Counted from the first letter of the stretch, positions 46,965 to 57,920 are shown. The stretch is 64,000 nucleotides of DNA from an uncultured Bacteroidales bacterium (GCA_963780735.1 CAWADB010000001.1:53205-117204), one strand, 5' to 3'. Program-made: numbers and translations. Notes: a model not told the origin generated them from the letters alone.

Positions 46965-48695
46965 CTACCAGAATAATATTGTCAGGGCAAAAAACATGAT
47001 GCCGACGATCACAGCAAGGAACCAAGGTCTCTTGTACCATATAACGCCACTGTCGTCAAGCCTGGGGGTCATTGAATAGACCAGGCCGTTGAGCTCCTCT
47101 TCCGATTTGGGGTTCTTTGACATGAGTGAGATGACCACTGTAAGCACTGCTGCAGCAGAGAAAGCGTAAATAGCTGTCCAGAAGTTCTGAGCCATCTCAA
47201 CAGGGTATGTATGAAGTGACGCAATCCATCCGCCTTTCACAAGTGTTGTAGCTCCCTCAGGCACTGTCAAACCGTGATGTACCAGGGCAACCAGGAAGCC
47301 CACTAGCAGACCCGTGAAGGCAGCATTTCCGGTAGACCGTTTCCAGAACATTCCCAGTAAGATCACTGCGAAGAGTGGTGCATTGATCATTGAGAAGATC
47401 GCCTGAAGGAAGTCCATGATGTTTCCGAACTTGCTCGCTATGAAGGCTGCGGCGATACTTGCCACAACACCCAGGATGGTGGCTACCCTCCCGACTTTCA
47501 GATAATGTTTGTCATCAGCCTCCTTATTACCTGTGGTGGGCCTGATATAACTCTGGTATATGTCATAAGTCCAGACAGTATTAAAAGCAGATACATTACC
47601 CGCCATACCAGACATAAATGATGCGAGGAGGGCAGTAACACCAAGTCCCAGCACACCTGCAGGCAGGTATTGTTTCAGGAGCATTATTATTGTATAATCA
47701 TATATCGGCTGGCCTGTGTCATTAAGCGGCAGGACAAATCCTTTGGCCGGATCATTGAGCAGAACAAGGGCAGCAACGCCCGGCAGAATGATAAGAAACG
47801 GTATGAACATCTTTGGTATGGCTCCTATCAGGGGCACTTTACGTGCCGCTGTCATAGATTCGGCTGCCATGGCACGCTGAACGATAAGAAAGTTCGTACA
47901 CCAGTAACCGAAAGCGAGAACAAATCCCAGTCCTGCGAAAATGCCATACCATGCAACCCCGAACGGATTATCCGAGGCGCTGCCTGTGTATTTCCAATGT
48001 GTTGTCCACGTGTCCGGAGCAAATCCCTTTGCCGTAACAATGGGTGCCAGGCTCTCCTGCATCCCGTGCCACCCACCGACATCCTTCATAACAAGAATTG
48101 CCATCGGAAGGAGGCCGATAATGATTATGAAGAATTGCAGCACTTCGTTATAAATAGCCGATGACAGGCCGCCGAGATATGTATATGCAAGTACTATAGC
48201 TGCCGATGCAAAGAGCGAAACAAGAAAGTTCCACCCAAGCACATTCTCAAGCAGGATCGCGAGTGCATACATGGCAATGCCTGAAGCAAGAATTGTCATA
48301 ACAGCAAACAGAATGGCGTTGAGACCACGGGTCTTCTCATTGAAGCGCAGTTTCAGATATTCAGGCACTGACCTGGCTTTGGAACCATAATAGAACCGCA
48401 TCATGAAAAGTGCAAGGAAGACCATTGCCGGAATAGCGCCTATCAGGTAAAAATGAGTTGTGTGCATACCGTACTTCAACCCGGAGCCGGTCATACCCAT
48501 CACCTCCAGGGCACCAAGGTTGGTGGAGATGAATGCGAGACCTGCCACCCACGCGGGGATGGACCTGCCAGCTTCGAGAAAGGCTGAGGCATTCTTCATA
48601 TACTTTTTCAGGGCCCATCCGATACCCAGTACAAAAACGAAATAGACCCCCATGATCAGGTAGTCTATTCCACCGAGTGCAAATTTTGTATCCAA
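46965..48695 (-). CDS. Sodium:solute symporter (SSS/SLC5) family transporter
   Basis: 576 aa with about 13-14 TM helices. The N-terminal pattern DYLIMGVYFVFVLGIGW......S...F..AGRS.P.WV.G.A..ST..GA is typical of the SSS family. Confidence 0.85.
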   Translation of the reverse strand: MDTKFALGGIDYLIMGVYFVFVLGIGWALKKYMKNASAFLEAGRSIPAWVAGLAFISTNLGALEVMGMTGSGLKYGMHTTHFYLIGAIPAMVFLALFMMRFYYGSKARSVPEYLKLRFNEKTRGLNAILFAVMTILASGIAMYALAILLENVLGWNFLVSLFASAAIVLAYTYLGGLSSAIYNEVLQFFIIIIGLLPMAILVMKDVGGWHGMQESLAPIVTAKGFAPDTWTTHWKYTGSASDNPFGVAWYGIFAGLGFVLAFGYWCTNFLIVQRAMAAESMTAARKVPLIGAIPKMFIPFLIILPGVAALVLLNDPAKGFVLPLNDTGQPIYDYTIIMLLKQYLPAGVLGLGVTALLASFMSGMAGNVSAFNTVWTYDIYQSYIRPTTGNKEADDKHYLKVGRVATILGVVASIAAAFIASKFGNIMDFLQAIFSMINAPLFAVILLGMFWKRSTGNAAFTGLLVGFLVALVHHGLTVPEGATTLVKGGWIASLHTYPVEMAQNFWTAIYAFSAAAVLTVVISLMSKNPKSEEELNGLVYSMTPRLDDSGVIWYKRPWFLAVIVGIMFFALTILFW

Positions 48696-48786
48696 GTGAT
48701 TTTTCTGATTAGGTTCGTGAACTCACAAACTTAGCTAATTTTATCACATCCGGAATCCCTGAATTAATTTTTATACCCCCTCAGAT

Positions 48787-49473
48787 TTACTTCTTTACAG
48801 TCGCCGCCAGGGTCCTGCTCTTGGAAGGCAGAAGCTGTTTCCTGTCACGGGAAGCATCACCCTTTGTTCCGGTATAGTCGACCCATGCTATGAACTGATT
48901 AAGCTCATTTTTCTCAAGCTGGTAGGTCCTTATGAAGCTGATGTCCTCATTCCTGAGGGTATAGTTATTATGTGTCGCATGCCAAACATCGATATAGTAT
49001 ACATATGGTCCCAGGTCAGTGAATATCACCTTGCCTGCCGAGTTGGTGAAACCTTCTACTATGGCATTGGTCTCATTATCCCAGTCTCTCTCGGTCGGAT
49101 AGAGTATCACGCTTGCGCCCTGGACGGGATACTGGTCATACCACTCCAGCACTTCCACCTCGAGCATTGTGGGCGAGAGGATCTCAATGTCAGCATAGGA
49201 TTTGTCGACATTACCCGACGAAGAAAAGGCACTCAAAACCACGGTGAAGGTACCTGATCCGGAATAGGAATGGACAGCATTGACTGCATCGGACCAGGTG
49301 CCGTCACCAAAGTCCCATTCAAAATGACTGGCATTGTACGAGCCGTTGGTAAAGTAGATTCCCTCACCTATTTCAGCCGAGACCCTATCCGTATAAAAAT
49401 AAGCCTCAGGGTGTATTTCACATGAGCTGAGCATTATTGCCGCTACCGCTGTTAAAAAAATCATTCTTTTCAT
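48787..49473 (-). CDS. PKD-domain lipoprotein
   Basis: 228 aa. The lipobox is MKRMIFLTAVAAIMLSSC. The PKD signature is F.N.S.NA..FEWDFGDGT.S....HSYS.SGTFTV.L. A second beta-sandwich-like region follows. Confidence 0.6.
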   Translation of the reverse strand: MKRMIFLTAVAAIMLSSCEIHPEAYFYTDRVSAEIGEGIYFTNGSYNASHFEWDFGDGTWSDAVNAVHSYSGSGTFTVVLSAFSSSGNVDKSYADIEILSPTMLEVEVLEWYDQYPVQGASVILYPTERDWDNETNAIVEGFTNSAGKVIFTDLGPYVYYIDVWHATHNNYTLRNEDISFIRTYQLEKNELNQFIAWVDYTGTKGDASRDRKQLLPSKSRTLAATVKK

Positions 49474-49591
49474 GACTGCCGTGTATTAGTGCTGTTATAT
49501 CAAATCCAAAATCTGTGCCAATGATTTCCGGTAAAAACTGACTATATTACTGTACATAAAAGAGGGTGATCATCTGCGTGCAAAAAATCGT

Positions 49592-49599
49592 TATCTTTG
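49592..49599 (+). promoter_or_regulatory. -7 promoter box (TATCTTTG) for thrS-infC-rpmI-rplT
   Basis: Exact TAnnTTTG match 24 nt upstream of the thrS ATG at 49624. Confidence 0.4.
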
Positions 49600-49623
49600 C
49601 GAACTAATTTTAATTCAACGTTA

Positions 49624-51564
49624 ATGATCAGGATCACATTCCCGGACGGCTCTGTCAGGGAGTATCAGAATGGTATCAGCAGCTATGAGGTGGCGGTATC
49701 CATCAGTCCGCGGCTGGCAGCTGATGTATATGCAGCAACGGTCAACGGTGAACTATGGGATCTCTCCCGCCCTATTGACGCTGACGCAACACTGAAATTG
49801 CACAAGTGGGATGACCCTGAGGCAAAGCATGCGTTCTGGCACACATCGGCCCACCTTATGGCAGAGGCTCTTGAGTCACTGTATCCGGGTATGAAATTCG
49901 GCATTGGACCGGCGATCGAGAACGGATTCTACTATGACGTCGACCCGGGTGAAGGAAAAGTCATTACGGATTCAGACCTTCCGGTCATTGAAGACCGCAT
50001 GAAGGAGCTTGCTGCAAAGAACAGTCCGGTAGTTCGTACCGAGGTCAGCAAGAAAGACGCCATTGATCTCTTTACAAAAAAGGGAGACGAATACAAGACC
50101 GAGCTCATCTCGGAGCTTGAAGACGGCACCATCACCCTATACCGTCAGGGGAACTTCACCGATCTATGTCGCGGGCCACACCTGCCTGATACATCATCTA
50201 TAAAAGCCATCCGCGTCCTGAGCCTGGCCGGCGCATACTGGAGAGGAAACGAGAAGCGCAAAATGATGACGCGCATTTACGGAATAACCTTCCCGAAGCA
50301 GAAGATGCTTGATGAGTATATGGTCATGATCGAGGAAGCGCGCAAACGTGATCACCGGCGCATTGGAAAAGAGCTGGAGCTGTTTGCCTTCTCACCCAGA
50401 GTGGGTATGGGTCTGCCTCTCTGGCTTCCCAAGGGAGCCGACATGAAACAGAGGCTCATTGATTTCATGACGAAGGTGCTCAGGGGAAGAGGTTATGTCA
50501 TGGTCTCGACACCGCATATCGGCAATGTCGATCTTTACAAGACCTCCGGTCATTATGAGAAATACGGCGCTGATTCGTTCAGGCCGATAACCACGCCGCA
50601 GGAGGGTGAGGTCTTCATGCTCAAACCCATGAACTGCCCGCATCACTGCGAGATATACAACGCCACACAACACTCATACAGGGACCTGCCACTAAGGATG
50701 GCCGAGTTCGGTACAGTCTACCGTTATGAACAGAGTGGTGAACTCCACGGACTTACCAGAGTGCGCAGTTTCACACAGGATGACGCCCACCACTATTGTC
50801 GTCCTGATCAGATCAAGGAAGAGTTTAAAAGCATCATTGACCTTGTCCAGTATATCTTTAAAATTGCCGGGTTCAATGAGTTCACAGCGCAGATATCATT
50901 GCGTGACCCCTCCAACAAGCAAAAATATATAGGGTCAGATGAGAACTGGGATAAGGCTGAGAAGGCCATCATAGAAGCTGCCGGTGAGAAAAACCTGGTT
51001 ACTTCGATAGCAATAGGCGAGGCTGCCTTCTACGGACCCAAGCTCGATTTCATGGTCAGAGACGCCATCGGACGCAGATGGCAGCTTGGCACCATACAGG
51101 TTGATTACAACCTCCCTGAGAGGTTTGAACTGTCATATACGGGAAGCGACAACCAGAAGCATCAGCCGGTGATGATACACAGGGCCATATTCGGTTCCAT
51201 GGAGCGGTTTATTGCTGTTCTCATTGAAAATACCGCCGGGAAATTTCCTGTCTGGCTCACTCCCGACCAGGTTGTTATTCTGCCGATCAGCGAAAAATTC
51301 AATGATTATGCAAAAACTATTTTGAATTTCCTTAATAATTCCGATATTCGCACCCTGATTGACGACAGGAGCGAAAAGATAGGTAAGAAGATAAGGGATA
51401 ATGAGTTAAAGAGGATTCCCTACCTTCTCGTGATAGGTGAAAAAGAGGTCGAGAGCGGGACTGTCTCTGTCAGAAGGCAGGGTGAAGGCGATAAGGGAGT
51501 TATGAAACCTGATGAGTTTGTCAGCCTGATCAGGAATGAGATTTCGAAAGAAATTGATGTTTAA
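49624..51564 (+). CDS. thrS: Threonine--tRNA ligase
   Basis: ORF 49597..51564. The ATG at 49624 gives [14 protein letters not shown] (TGS domain). Class II aaRS motifs and the Zn site follow: ...[11 protein letters not shown], ...FRDLCRGPH, ...MNCPHH, ...[11 protein letters not shown] and ...HRA.FGS.ERF. Confidence 0.97.
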   Translation: MIRITFPDGSVREYQNGISSYEVAVSISPRLAADVYAATVNGELWDLSRPIDADATLKLHKWDDPEAKHAFWHTSAHLMAEALESLYPGMKFGIGPAIENGFYYDVDPGEGKVITDSDLPVIEDRMKELAAKNSPVVRTEVSKKDAIDLFTKKGDEYKTELISELEDGTITLYRQGNFTDLCRGPHLPDTSSIKAIRVLSLAGAYWRGNEKRKMMTRIYGITFPKQKMLDEYMVMIEEARKRDHRRIGKELELFAFSPRVGMGLPLWLPKGADMKQRLIDFMTKVLRGRGYVMVSTPHIGNVDLYKTSGHYEKYGADSFRPITTPQEGEVFMLKPMNCPHHCEIYNATQHSYRDLPLRMAEFGTVYRYEQSGELHGLTRVRSFTQDDAHHYCRPDQIKEEFKSIIDLVQYIFKIAGFNEFTAQISLRDPSNKQKYIGSDENWDKAEKAIIEAAGEKNLVTSIAIGEAAFYGPKLDFMVRDAIGRRWQLGTIQVDYNLPERFELSYTGSDNQKHQPVMIHRAIFGSMERFIAVLIENTAGKFPVWLTPDQVVILPISEKFNDYAKTILNFLNNSDIRTLIDDRSEKIGKKIRDNELKRIPYLLVIGEKEVESGTVSVRRQGEGDKGVMKPDEFVSLIRNEISKEIDV

Positions 51565-51607
51565 AAGATTGAATTAAAGCATATTATTAACTTAACTGGA
51601 GGACAAT

Positions 51608-52165
51608 ATCATAGCAGGACCAATCTTTTCCAGGCCCAGGCCGGGAAGAAAACCGGAACCGGAACACCGGATTAACAACAGGATCACAGCCAGGACAGTA
51701 AGGGTCGTGGGTGAAAACATCGAGCCGAAGGTCATGGACATCAGGGATGCCCTCGATCTGGCTGACGAAATGGAACTGGACCTTGTTGAGATATCTCCCA
51801 ACGCAGACCCGCCAGTCTGCAAAATTGTTGATTATCAGAAGTTCCTTTATCAGCAGAAAAAGAAACAGAAGGAGATTAAGGCCAATGCAGCGAAAATAGT
51901 TGTGAAAGAGATACGTTTCGGACCGAACACTGACGATCACGATTACAATTTTAAGCTGAAGCACGCAATTAATTTCCTGGAAGAGGGAGCAAAGGTCAGA
52001 GCATACGTATTCTTCAAGGGAAGATCAATTCTCTTCAAGGACCAGGGTGAAAAACTGCTTGCACGGTTTGTCAGTGACCTGGATGAATACGGCAAGGTAG
52101 ACCAGACGCCGAGACTGGAAGGAAAAAGAATGATCATCATCCTTTCTCCGAAGAAAAAGAAATAG
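51608..52165 (+). CDS. infC: Translation initiation factor IF-3 (non-canonical start codon; exact start uncertain)
   Basis: The track ORF (51707, GTG) truncates the conserved N-terminus. The frame is open from 51596 and encodes ...[61 protein letters not shown]. This aligns with E. coli IF3 NRINGEIRAQEVRLTG...[23 protein letters not shown]. The only in-frame candidates upstream are CTG 51596, ATC 51608, ATA 51611 and ATC 51623. Confidence 0.85.
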   Translation: MIAGPIFSRPRPGRKPEPEHRINNRITARTVRVVGENIEPKVMDIRDALDLADEMELDLVEISPNADPPVCKIVDYQKFLYQQKKKQKEIKANAAKIVVKEIRFGPNTDDHDYNFKLKHAINFLEEGAKVRAYVFFKGRSILFKDQGEKLLARFVSDLDEYGKVDQTPRLEGKRMIIILSPKKKK

Positions 52166-52192
52166 AATTTTTTATACATATATATTTACAAC

Positions 52193-52390
52193 ATGCCAAA
52201 AATTAAAACAAATCCGGGCGCAAAGAAGAGATTTACTTTGACCGGTACAGGTAAAATCAAGCGTAAGCATGCTTTTAAAAGCCACATCCTTACCAAGAAG
52301 TCAACCAAGCGTAAGAGGAATCTTACATATGACGGAATGGTGAATAAGGCTGACCAGAAGAATGTTAAACTTATGCTCGGGTTAAAATAG
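52193..52390 (+). CDS. rpmI: 50S ribosomal protein L35
   Basis: 65 aa: [42 protein letters not shown]. Confidence 0.95.
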   Translation: MPKIKTNPGAKKRFTLTGTGKIKRKHAFKSHILTKKSTKRKRNLTYDGMVNKADQKNVKLMLGLK

Positions 52391-52491
52391 TATTAACCAC
52401 CTGACAGCGTGATAATCAACAAGAATTATTAACCTGGATGTGAAGCACAAAAGACCTTAACGGCGCTTACATCCGAAAAAGAGAAAAGAAA

Positions 52492-52839
52492 ATGCCAAGA
52501 TCAACAAACGCACCAGCATCAAAGGCCAGGAGAAAAAAGATTTTCAAACAGACCAAGGGGTACTTTGGCAACAACGCTAATGTTTACAGTGTTGCCAAGA
52601 ACGTACTTGAGAAAGGTCTGGCCTATGCCTACCGTGACCGCAAAGACAAGAAAGGACAGTTCAGGGCGCTGTGGATCCAGAGGATCAACGCAGGCGTACG
52701 CCTTTACGGTATGAGCTATTCAGAATTCATCGGAGGCCTTGACAAGAAGGGTATCACCCTCAACCGCAAGACCCTGGCCGACCTGGCCATGAACCACCCG
52801 GAAGCCTTCAAGGCAATAGTGGATAAGGTAAAAGAATAA
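52492..52839 (+). CDS. rplT: 50S ribosomal protein L20
   Basis: 115 aa: [26 protein letters not shown].........A...[30 protein letters not shown]...L. Confidence 0.95.
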   Translation: MPRSTNAPASKARRKKIFKQTKGYFGNNANVYSVAKNVLEKGLAYAYRDRKDKKGQFRALWIQRINAGVRLYGMSYSEFIGGLDKKGITLNRKTLADLAMNHPEAFKAIVDKVKE

Positions 52840-52866
52840 AAAAAAGCGGGTCAGCCCGCTTTTTTT
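52838..52866. terminator. Bidirectional intrinsic terminator between rplT and lepB
   Basis: The sequence is aaaaaaaagcggg-tcag-cccgctttttt. The stem agcggg/cccgct is flanked by an A-run and a T-run. Confidence 0.75.
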
Positions 52867-52901
52867 ATACAGGTGTTTTGATAAAAAAGCCCTGCATGGA
52901 A

Positions 52902-54320
52902 TTATCTTGCTGATTTGAAGAACCTTTTAAATCTTACCTTTTTAATCCCAGTGGCGTCCTTGTCTATCGACAGCCAGACAAGCACCGGACGGCCGATGAT
53001 ATGATCCTCCGGAACAAATCCCCAGAAACGGGAGTCGGCAGAGTCATGCCTGTTGTCACCCATCATCCAGTAATAGTCCATTTTAAAAGTGTAGCTGTCT
53101 GCAGGTTTGCCGTTGATATAGATCAGGCTGTCTGTTATTTTCAGCTCATTCTCCTCATATATCTGAATGATTTGTGAATAGAGGCAAATGTTGGAAGGGT
53201 CAATTTTGACAGTGGCTCCTTTAGAAGGCAGCCAGAGTGGACCGAAGTTATCCTCATTCCACCTGTATCCCTGGTCATGAGGGAAGATGTATGAAGCGTA
53301 CTCCCCTGCCCTCTTGATATCCATTTCGATTCCCGTCACATTGGTAAAGCCTGAAATCAGCTTTGCATTGCCCTTTGTAAGCGGAAGCCTGTAGACTGTT
53401 CCTGAGAGCATGAGTGACTGGTCCGATTTTGACACACCCATTCTTTCGAATGCCTTCGGGTTGATACGTGTACCGTTTGTGCGTACGTAATACGATGTCT
53501 GCTGTGTCTCGTTATCGGGCACTTCAACATTGTTGACATAAAGTTGTCCGCTCTTTATAGTAATTGTATCTCCGGGGATTCCGACACAGCGTTTTACATA
53601 GTTATCACGACGGTCAACTGGCCTGTAGATAACCGTATTCTCACTGCGTACAAGCTGCCTTGCTAAAGAGGTATACTCCTCCCTGGTTTTTAACTTCCTG
53701 TTTGCCCTTATATCGTCTATTGTCAGCGCCTCGGCACGTTCCCTGACAATCTCATAATAGCTGACAGACGTATTTTCGAGACATACCGTATCACCTGCAG
53801 GAAAATTAAATACCACCACATCGTTGTTCTTAACATGGCCGAATCCGGCGAGTCTCTTGTATTTGAGGTGAATCAGGTCTGACCATGATTTGCCTCTCCT
53901 GTTTGAGAAAGGCATCGTATTCTGTGTAAAAGGGAAAGCAAGAGGCGTATTTGGCATTCGCGGTCCGTACGCCAACTTACTGACAGCCAGATGATCACCC
54001 ACAAGCAGTGATTTTTCCATGGATGGTGTGGGAATGCGGTAATTCTGGAAAAAGAATATGTTGATCAGGGTGACAGCTATTACTGCAAAGATCAGGGCAT
54101 CAAGCCATTCGATAACAACGTTGTTTTTGCCGGTACGCTTCTTCCAGAATGCCCAGTTGACCTTCTTGCTGACATATATATCAAAGACCACTGGCAGCCC
54201 AAAGAGCCACCAGAAATTACCCATCCAGATGACCCAAAGGATGTACAAAACTGCTACGATGCCAAATTTGAAATACTTGCTCTGGAATATACCGTTCATC
54301 TCTTTTCTTTTACTGTGCAA
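52902..54320 (-). CDS. lepB: Signal peptidase I (long Bacteroidota form)
   Basis: 472 aa. Motifs are IPTPSMEKSLLVGDHLAVSK (catalytic Ser box), ...YVKRCVGIPGD and ...YWMMGDNRHDSADSRFWGFVPEDHIIG (boxes D/E). The start could also be the ATG at 54299. Confidence 0.9.
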   Translation of the reverse strand: MHSKRKEMNGIFQSKYFKFGIVAVLYILWVIWMGNFWWLFGLPVVFDIYVSKKVNWAFWKKRTGKNNVVIEWLDALIFAVIAVTLINIFFFQNYRIPTPSMEKSLLVGDHLAVSKLAYGPRMPNTPLAFPFTQNTMPFSNRRGKSWSDLIHLKYKRLAGFGHVKNNDVVVFNFPAGDTVCLENTSVSYYEIVRERAEALTIDDIRANRKLKTREEYTSLARQLVRSENTVIYRPVDRRDNYVKRCVGIPGDTITIKSGQLYVNNVEVPDNETQQTSYYVRTNGTRINPKAFERMGVSKSDQSLMLSGTVYRLPLTKGNAKLISGFTNVTGIEMDIKRAGEYASYIFPHDQGYRWNEDNFGPLWLPSKGATVKIDPSNICLYSQIIQIYEENELKITDSLIYINGKPADSYTFKMDYYWMMGDNRHDSADSRFWGFVPEDHIIGRPVLVWLSIDKDATGIKKVRFKRFFKSAR

Positions 54321-54332
54321 ATCTAACTATTA

Positions 54333-55052
54333 TTATATACTTAAGACGTCTCCCAATGTAAAAACCCCTTTGCGGGTCGAAATGTACCCGGCAGCCAGCA
54401 GGGCTCCTGCGGCAAATCCCTTGCGGCTCAGAGCCTCGTGCTTCAGAGTTAATATGTCGGCGTCAGATGTCCATGTCACAGTGTGTATTCCCGGTACCGT
54501 TCCTTCTCTCACTGATGTCACGGGTATCATTTCCGGATCCGCTTTCTCGCCTGCTTTTTGCCAGCCGTCGTAGTCATGATGCTGCCCTGCGATACCTCCC
54601 GCAAGGGTAATGGCAGTCCCGCTGGGAGCATCAAGCTTCTTTACGTGGTGTGTCTCCTCAATTGCAGCCCTGTATTCAGGGAGCAGGTTCATTATTCGCG
54701 CCAGTTCCGCATTCAGTCTGAAGAGAATATTTACACCGATGCTGTAGTTTGATGAATGTATGAATGATCCGTTTTTTTCGGTGCAGAGGCGAACCACCTC
54801 GTCATATCTGGCCAGCCAACCGGTAGAACCGGAGACCACAGGCACACCGAAAGAGAGTGCCCGGATGATGTTATCAGCCGCTGCCTCAGGCCCCGTGAAT
54901 TCAATGGCCACATCGCAGCCGGAAGCTGCATCTTCATCAAAGTCGCCCGCGTTATTTATATCAGTCCTGAGGATAATGGTATGTCCTCCTGCCAAAGCAG
55001 CATGTTCAACCTCACGGCCCATACGGCCGTATCCAAGCAGGGCTATTCTCAT
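54333..55052 (-). CDS. dapB: 4-hydroxy-tetrahydrodipicolinate reductase
   Basis: 239 aa. It starts MRIALLGYGRMG, with ...IEETHH.KKLDAPSGTA later (the DapB E-x-H-H-x-x-K-x-D-A-P-S-G-T-A motif). Confidence 0.9.
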   Translation of the reverse strand: MRIALLGYGRMGREVEHAALAGGHTIILRTDINNAGDFDEDAASGCDVAIEFTGPEAAADNIIRALSFGVPVVSGSTGWLARYDEVVRLCTEKNGSFIHSSNYSIGVNILFRLNAELARIMNLLPEYRAAIEETHHVKKLDAPSGTAITLAGGIAGQHHDYDGWQKAGEKADPEMIPVTSVREGTVPGIHTVTWTSDADILTLKHEALSRKGFAAGALLAAGYISTRKGVFTLGDVLSI

Positions 55053-56339
55053 CTATAATGCCGGCTCCAGTTTTATTTTAGCGGTTTTTTCAAGATCTTT
55101 TACATAGAACCGTGAGCCGGTGAAGAATAGCAGGGCTCCCAGTACCAGCATAAAAGGAAGGAGAGCCATGGCTGTTTTGATAGTGTACAAATCATAAAGC
55201 TTGCCTATCACCAGCGGAGCGGTGGAGGCCCCAAGAAGGTTCTGAACCACAACGGCAATAGCGTATGACATTGCTCTCAGTCCCGGATGTATTACATCCT
55301 GTGTAACGGCTGCGGCTCCCGGGAGAAAAGCCATGACCGTCACTCCCATCAGCAGGAAGAAGATATATTGCATTGTACCTTTTGTCAGCCACAGGGCACA
55401 CAGGAGAAAGACTGCAGCCAGCATAGAGGTGATGACAGGAAATAAAAGCCGGGCTCTGATATTTTTTTTTCTCCAGCGATCGGTGAGAATGCCTCCGAGC
55501 GGCGCTCCGACTATGGCGAGTACCATCACTGCACTTGCCATAGACCCTGACTTTTCAACAGAAATACCGCGTGTGACACTGAAATAGGTGGAAAGCCAGG
55601 TTATTAGGGATGTGGTGACGAAGACAACAGCAGCAAAGCCAAAGTAGGTGAAGATAAGCGAAGGTCTGGAGAGGAATTCGTGCAGGATATCCCCTGGCTT
55701 CATCTTTATCTTCTGGTTCTGGCTGTCGGTAACGGAGAGGTCAACTGTTTTGTAGTCCTTTGCAAAGAAAAAGAGGATGGCCACAATTAGTCCCGGCAAA
55801 GCCACTATTCCGAAGGCATGCTTCCATCCCAGCCTGGTGGCTATGATACCTCCCGCGAGCACCCCTATTGCTGTTCCGAGAGGAATTGAAGCATTCCATA
55901 GGCCCATCATCTTTGACCGTTTATCTTCAGGATAAAGACCGGATATAACAGCGCTGCCTCCGGGGGCGTACCCGGCTTCGCCTATACCGATCAGCGCCCT
56001 TGTAAAAAGAAGCTGTACGAAATTGCCTGTCAGGGCGCACAAAGCCGTGGCAAGGCTCCATAAAACCGCCATGACCCCTATTGTTTTTGTCCGGTTCCAC
56101 CGGTCGATAAGTATCGAAACAGGGAATGTAAGAAGCACTATTGCCCAATAAACAGCCGATACCAGCAGTCCGCTCTGTGTATGCGTTATCCCAAGGTCCG
56201 CTTCAATATGCACAAACATTGAGGTGACGATCATCCTGTCTATGTAGTCAAACATATAGAGCAGGAATAGAAGCACAAATATGTAATTTGTGTAACCTTT
56301 AGGGAAAAGATACCCTTGAGGGATGATCTTGTTTTTCAT
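55053..56339 (-). CDS. MFS transporter
   Basis: 428 aa with about 12 TM helices. An MFS loop motif sits between TM2 and TM3 (LIDRWNRTKTI). The gene abuts the dapB start with no gap. Confidence 0.8.
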   Translation of the reverse strand: MKNKIIPQGYLFPKGYTNYIFVLLFLLYMFDYIDRMIVTSMFVHIEADLGITHTQSGLLVSAVYWAIVLLTFPVSILIDRWNRTKTIGVMAVLWSLATALCALTGNFVQLLFTRALIGIGEAGYAPGGSAVISGLYPEDKRSKMMGLWNASIPLGTAIGVLAGGIIATRLGWKHAFGIVALPGLIVAILFFFAKDYKTVDLSVTDSQNQKIKMKPGDILHEFLSRPSLIFTYFGFAAVVFVTTSLITWLSTYFSVTRGISVEKSGSMASAVMVLAIVGAPLGGILTDRWRKKNIRARLLFPVITSMLAAVFLLCALWLTKGTMQYIFFLLMGVTVMAFLPGAAAVTQDVIHPGLRAMSYAIAVVVQNLLGASTAPLVIGKLYDLYTIKTAMALLPFMLVLGALLFFTGSRFYVKDLEKTAKIKLEPAL

Positions 56340-56457
56340 GGTTTCAGTTATTGGAGTTTAACTTCACAGGTTAACAGGGAACTAAAGTAATGTCATTTTT
56401 CACATTCCACACTGGCAAACGGAAATTTAGTAATATCCCGGTAAAAGCCATGTCAGA

Positions 56458-56706
56458 TCAGATCAGTGAGGACAGTATCGACATAGCCTCATTGCGGTCA
56501 TTGCCGCAGAAATCAGGTTCGGCCCTGAATGCTGAACAGACCTCAGGCCGTCCGGGCCTGCCCCACAGAGCGCACCTGTAATCAGGGGTGAGATGCAGGC
56601 ACCTCACCCCTGCAGGCTTACCATCCGGCATGCCAGGTATAGGCGACGATATCGAAGGAGCAATGCAACATGCTCCACAACCGCTTCTGCACTCCATTGC
56701 TCTCAA
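56458..56706 (-). CDS. YkgJ-family cysteine-cluster (putative Fe-S/Zn) protein
   Basis: 82 aa with the pattern C.SGCGACC......C.........YRC........P..C..F typical of the YkgJ/UPF0153 family. Confidence 0.7.
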   Translation of the reverse strand: MRAMECRSGCGACCIAPSISSPIPGMPDGKPAGVRCLHLTPDYRCALWGRPGRPEVCSAFRAEPDFCGNDRNEAMSILSSLI

Positions 56707-56762
56707 CCGGGCAGATTAAATCCTGCTGTCAACAGGCAGGGTTATTAAATATCAGAATGGTT

Positions 56763-57095
56763 CTATTTGGTCTTATCCTCTATTTTGGCGTCAACGGCAT
56801 TTTTCTTTACCGATGTTATTCCGTTTTCGCAGGTGCTCTGTGAATTGTACATTTCACTTGAGCCTATTACCTGGCCGTTTGTGGCTTTGAGGTTAAAATG
56901 AAATTTGCCGTTCTTTGCTACCTTCGATTTAAACCTCTTGACTTCAGCTGCGTTTTTCATGACTGACTTTACACCGTTCATGCATGACGGCTTTGATGCA
57001 TAACCTTCACTTGTAAGGATTATTTCACCATTGCCTGCAACCAGGTTGAACTGAAACTCTCCGTTCTTTCTCTTCGAGATTACAAATTTTCCCAT
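56763..57095 (-). CDS. YegP-family protein (two DUF1508 repeats)
   Basis: 110 aa with a duplicated module: KNGEFQFNLVAGNGEIILTSEGYASKPSCMNGVKSV and KNGKFHFNLKATNGQVIGSSEMYNSQSTCENGITSV. Confidence 0.8.
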   Translation of the reverse strand: MGKFVISKRKNGEFQFNLVAGNGEIILTSEGYASKPSCMNGVKSVMKNAAEVKRFKSKVAKNGKFHFNLKATNGQVIGSSEMYNSQSTCENGITSVKKNAVDAKIEDKTK

Positions 57096-57181
57096 TTTTC
57101 TGATTTTTTAAAGGTTAATTTGGACTTAATACTCTCAAAAATACAAAAAAAACTTTATTAGATTTACCAATTGAGTTTTTT

Positions 57182-57865
57182 ATGCGGATAGACATAATTA
57201 CAGTATTGCCCGAGCTTCTGAGGAGCCCTTTTGACGAATCAATTATCAAAAGAGCAAGAGCTAAAGGTGTGGCCGAGATCAACATCATCAACCTGCGTGA
57301 TTTTTCAACTGACAAACACCGGAACGTTGATGATTACCCCTTCGGCGGAGGCGCCGGGATGGTGATGATGATAGAGCCTGTCTACAACTGCATCACTCAG
57401 CTTTCGGCGCAGCGTGACTACGATGAGGTTATTTATACTTCACCTGACGGTACACCTTTCAGCCAGCATATTGCCAATGAGCTTTCGATGAAAAATAATA
57501 TCATCATTCTTGCAGGGCATTACAAGGGTGTTGATCAGCGCATCAGGGATCATCTCGTCACCATGGAAATATCTATCGGTGACTATGTGCTTACCGGCGG
57601 TGAGCTGCCGGCGGCAGTGATAACGGATGCCGTTGTCAGACTTCTTCCCGGAGCAATATCAGATTTTGAATTTGCACTGTCAGACTCATTCCAGGATAAT
57701 CTCATTGCCCCTCCTGTCTACACCAGGCCGGCAGATTTCAGGGGATGGAAGGTGCCGGATATACTGATTGGAGGCAACACTCCTGAAATAGAAAAATGGC
57801 GTTTCGAACAGTCGCTCCGCAGCACGGAACAAAAGAGACCTGACCTCCTTAAGGGAGATTTATGA
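57182..57865 (+). CDS. trmD: tRNA (guanine37-N1)-methyltransferase
   Basis: 227 aa: [11 protein letters not shown]......F..SI.KRA........[22 protein letters not shown]...P........., then ...GHY.G.D.R.........[15 protein letters not shown]. Confidence 0.95.
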   Translation: MRIDIITVLPELLRSPFDESIIKRARAKGVAEINIINLRDFSTDKHRNVDDYPFGGGAGMVMMIEPVYNCITQLSAQRDYDEVIYTSPDGTPFSQHIANELSMKNNIIILAGHYKGVDQRIRDHLVTMEISIGDYVLTGGELPAAVITDAVVRLLPGAISDFEFALSDSFQDNLIAPPVYTRPADFRGWKVPDILIGGNTPEIEKWRFEQSLRSTEQKRPDLLKGDL

Positions 57866-57920
57866 TTTTTCGTTTCCTTATGTCGAAAAAGGTTCGTAAA
57901 ATTGCCTGCCCATTTAATAA

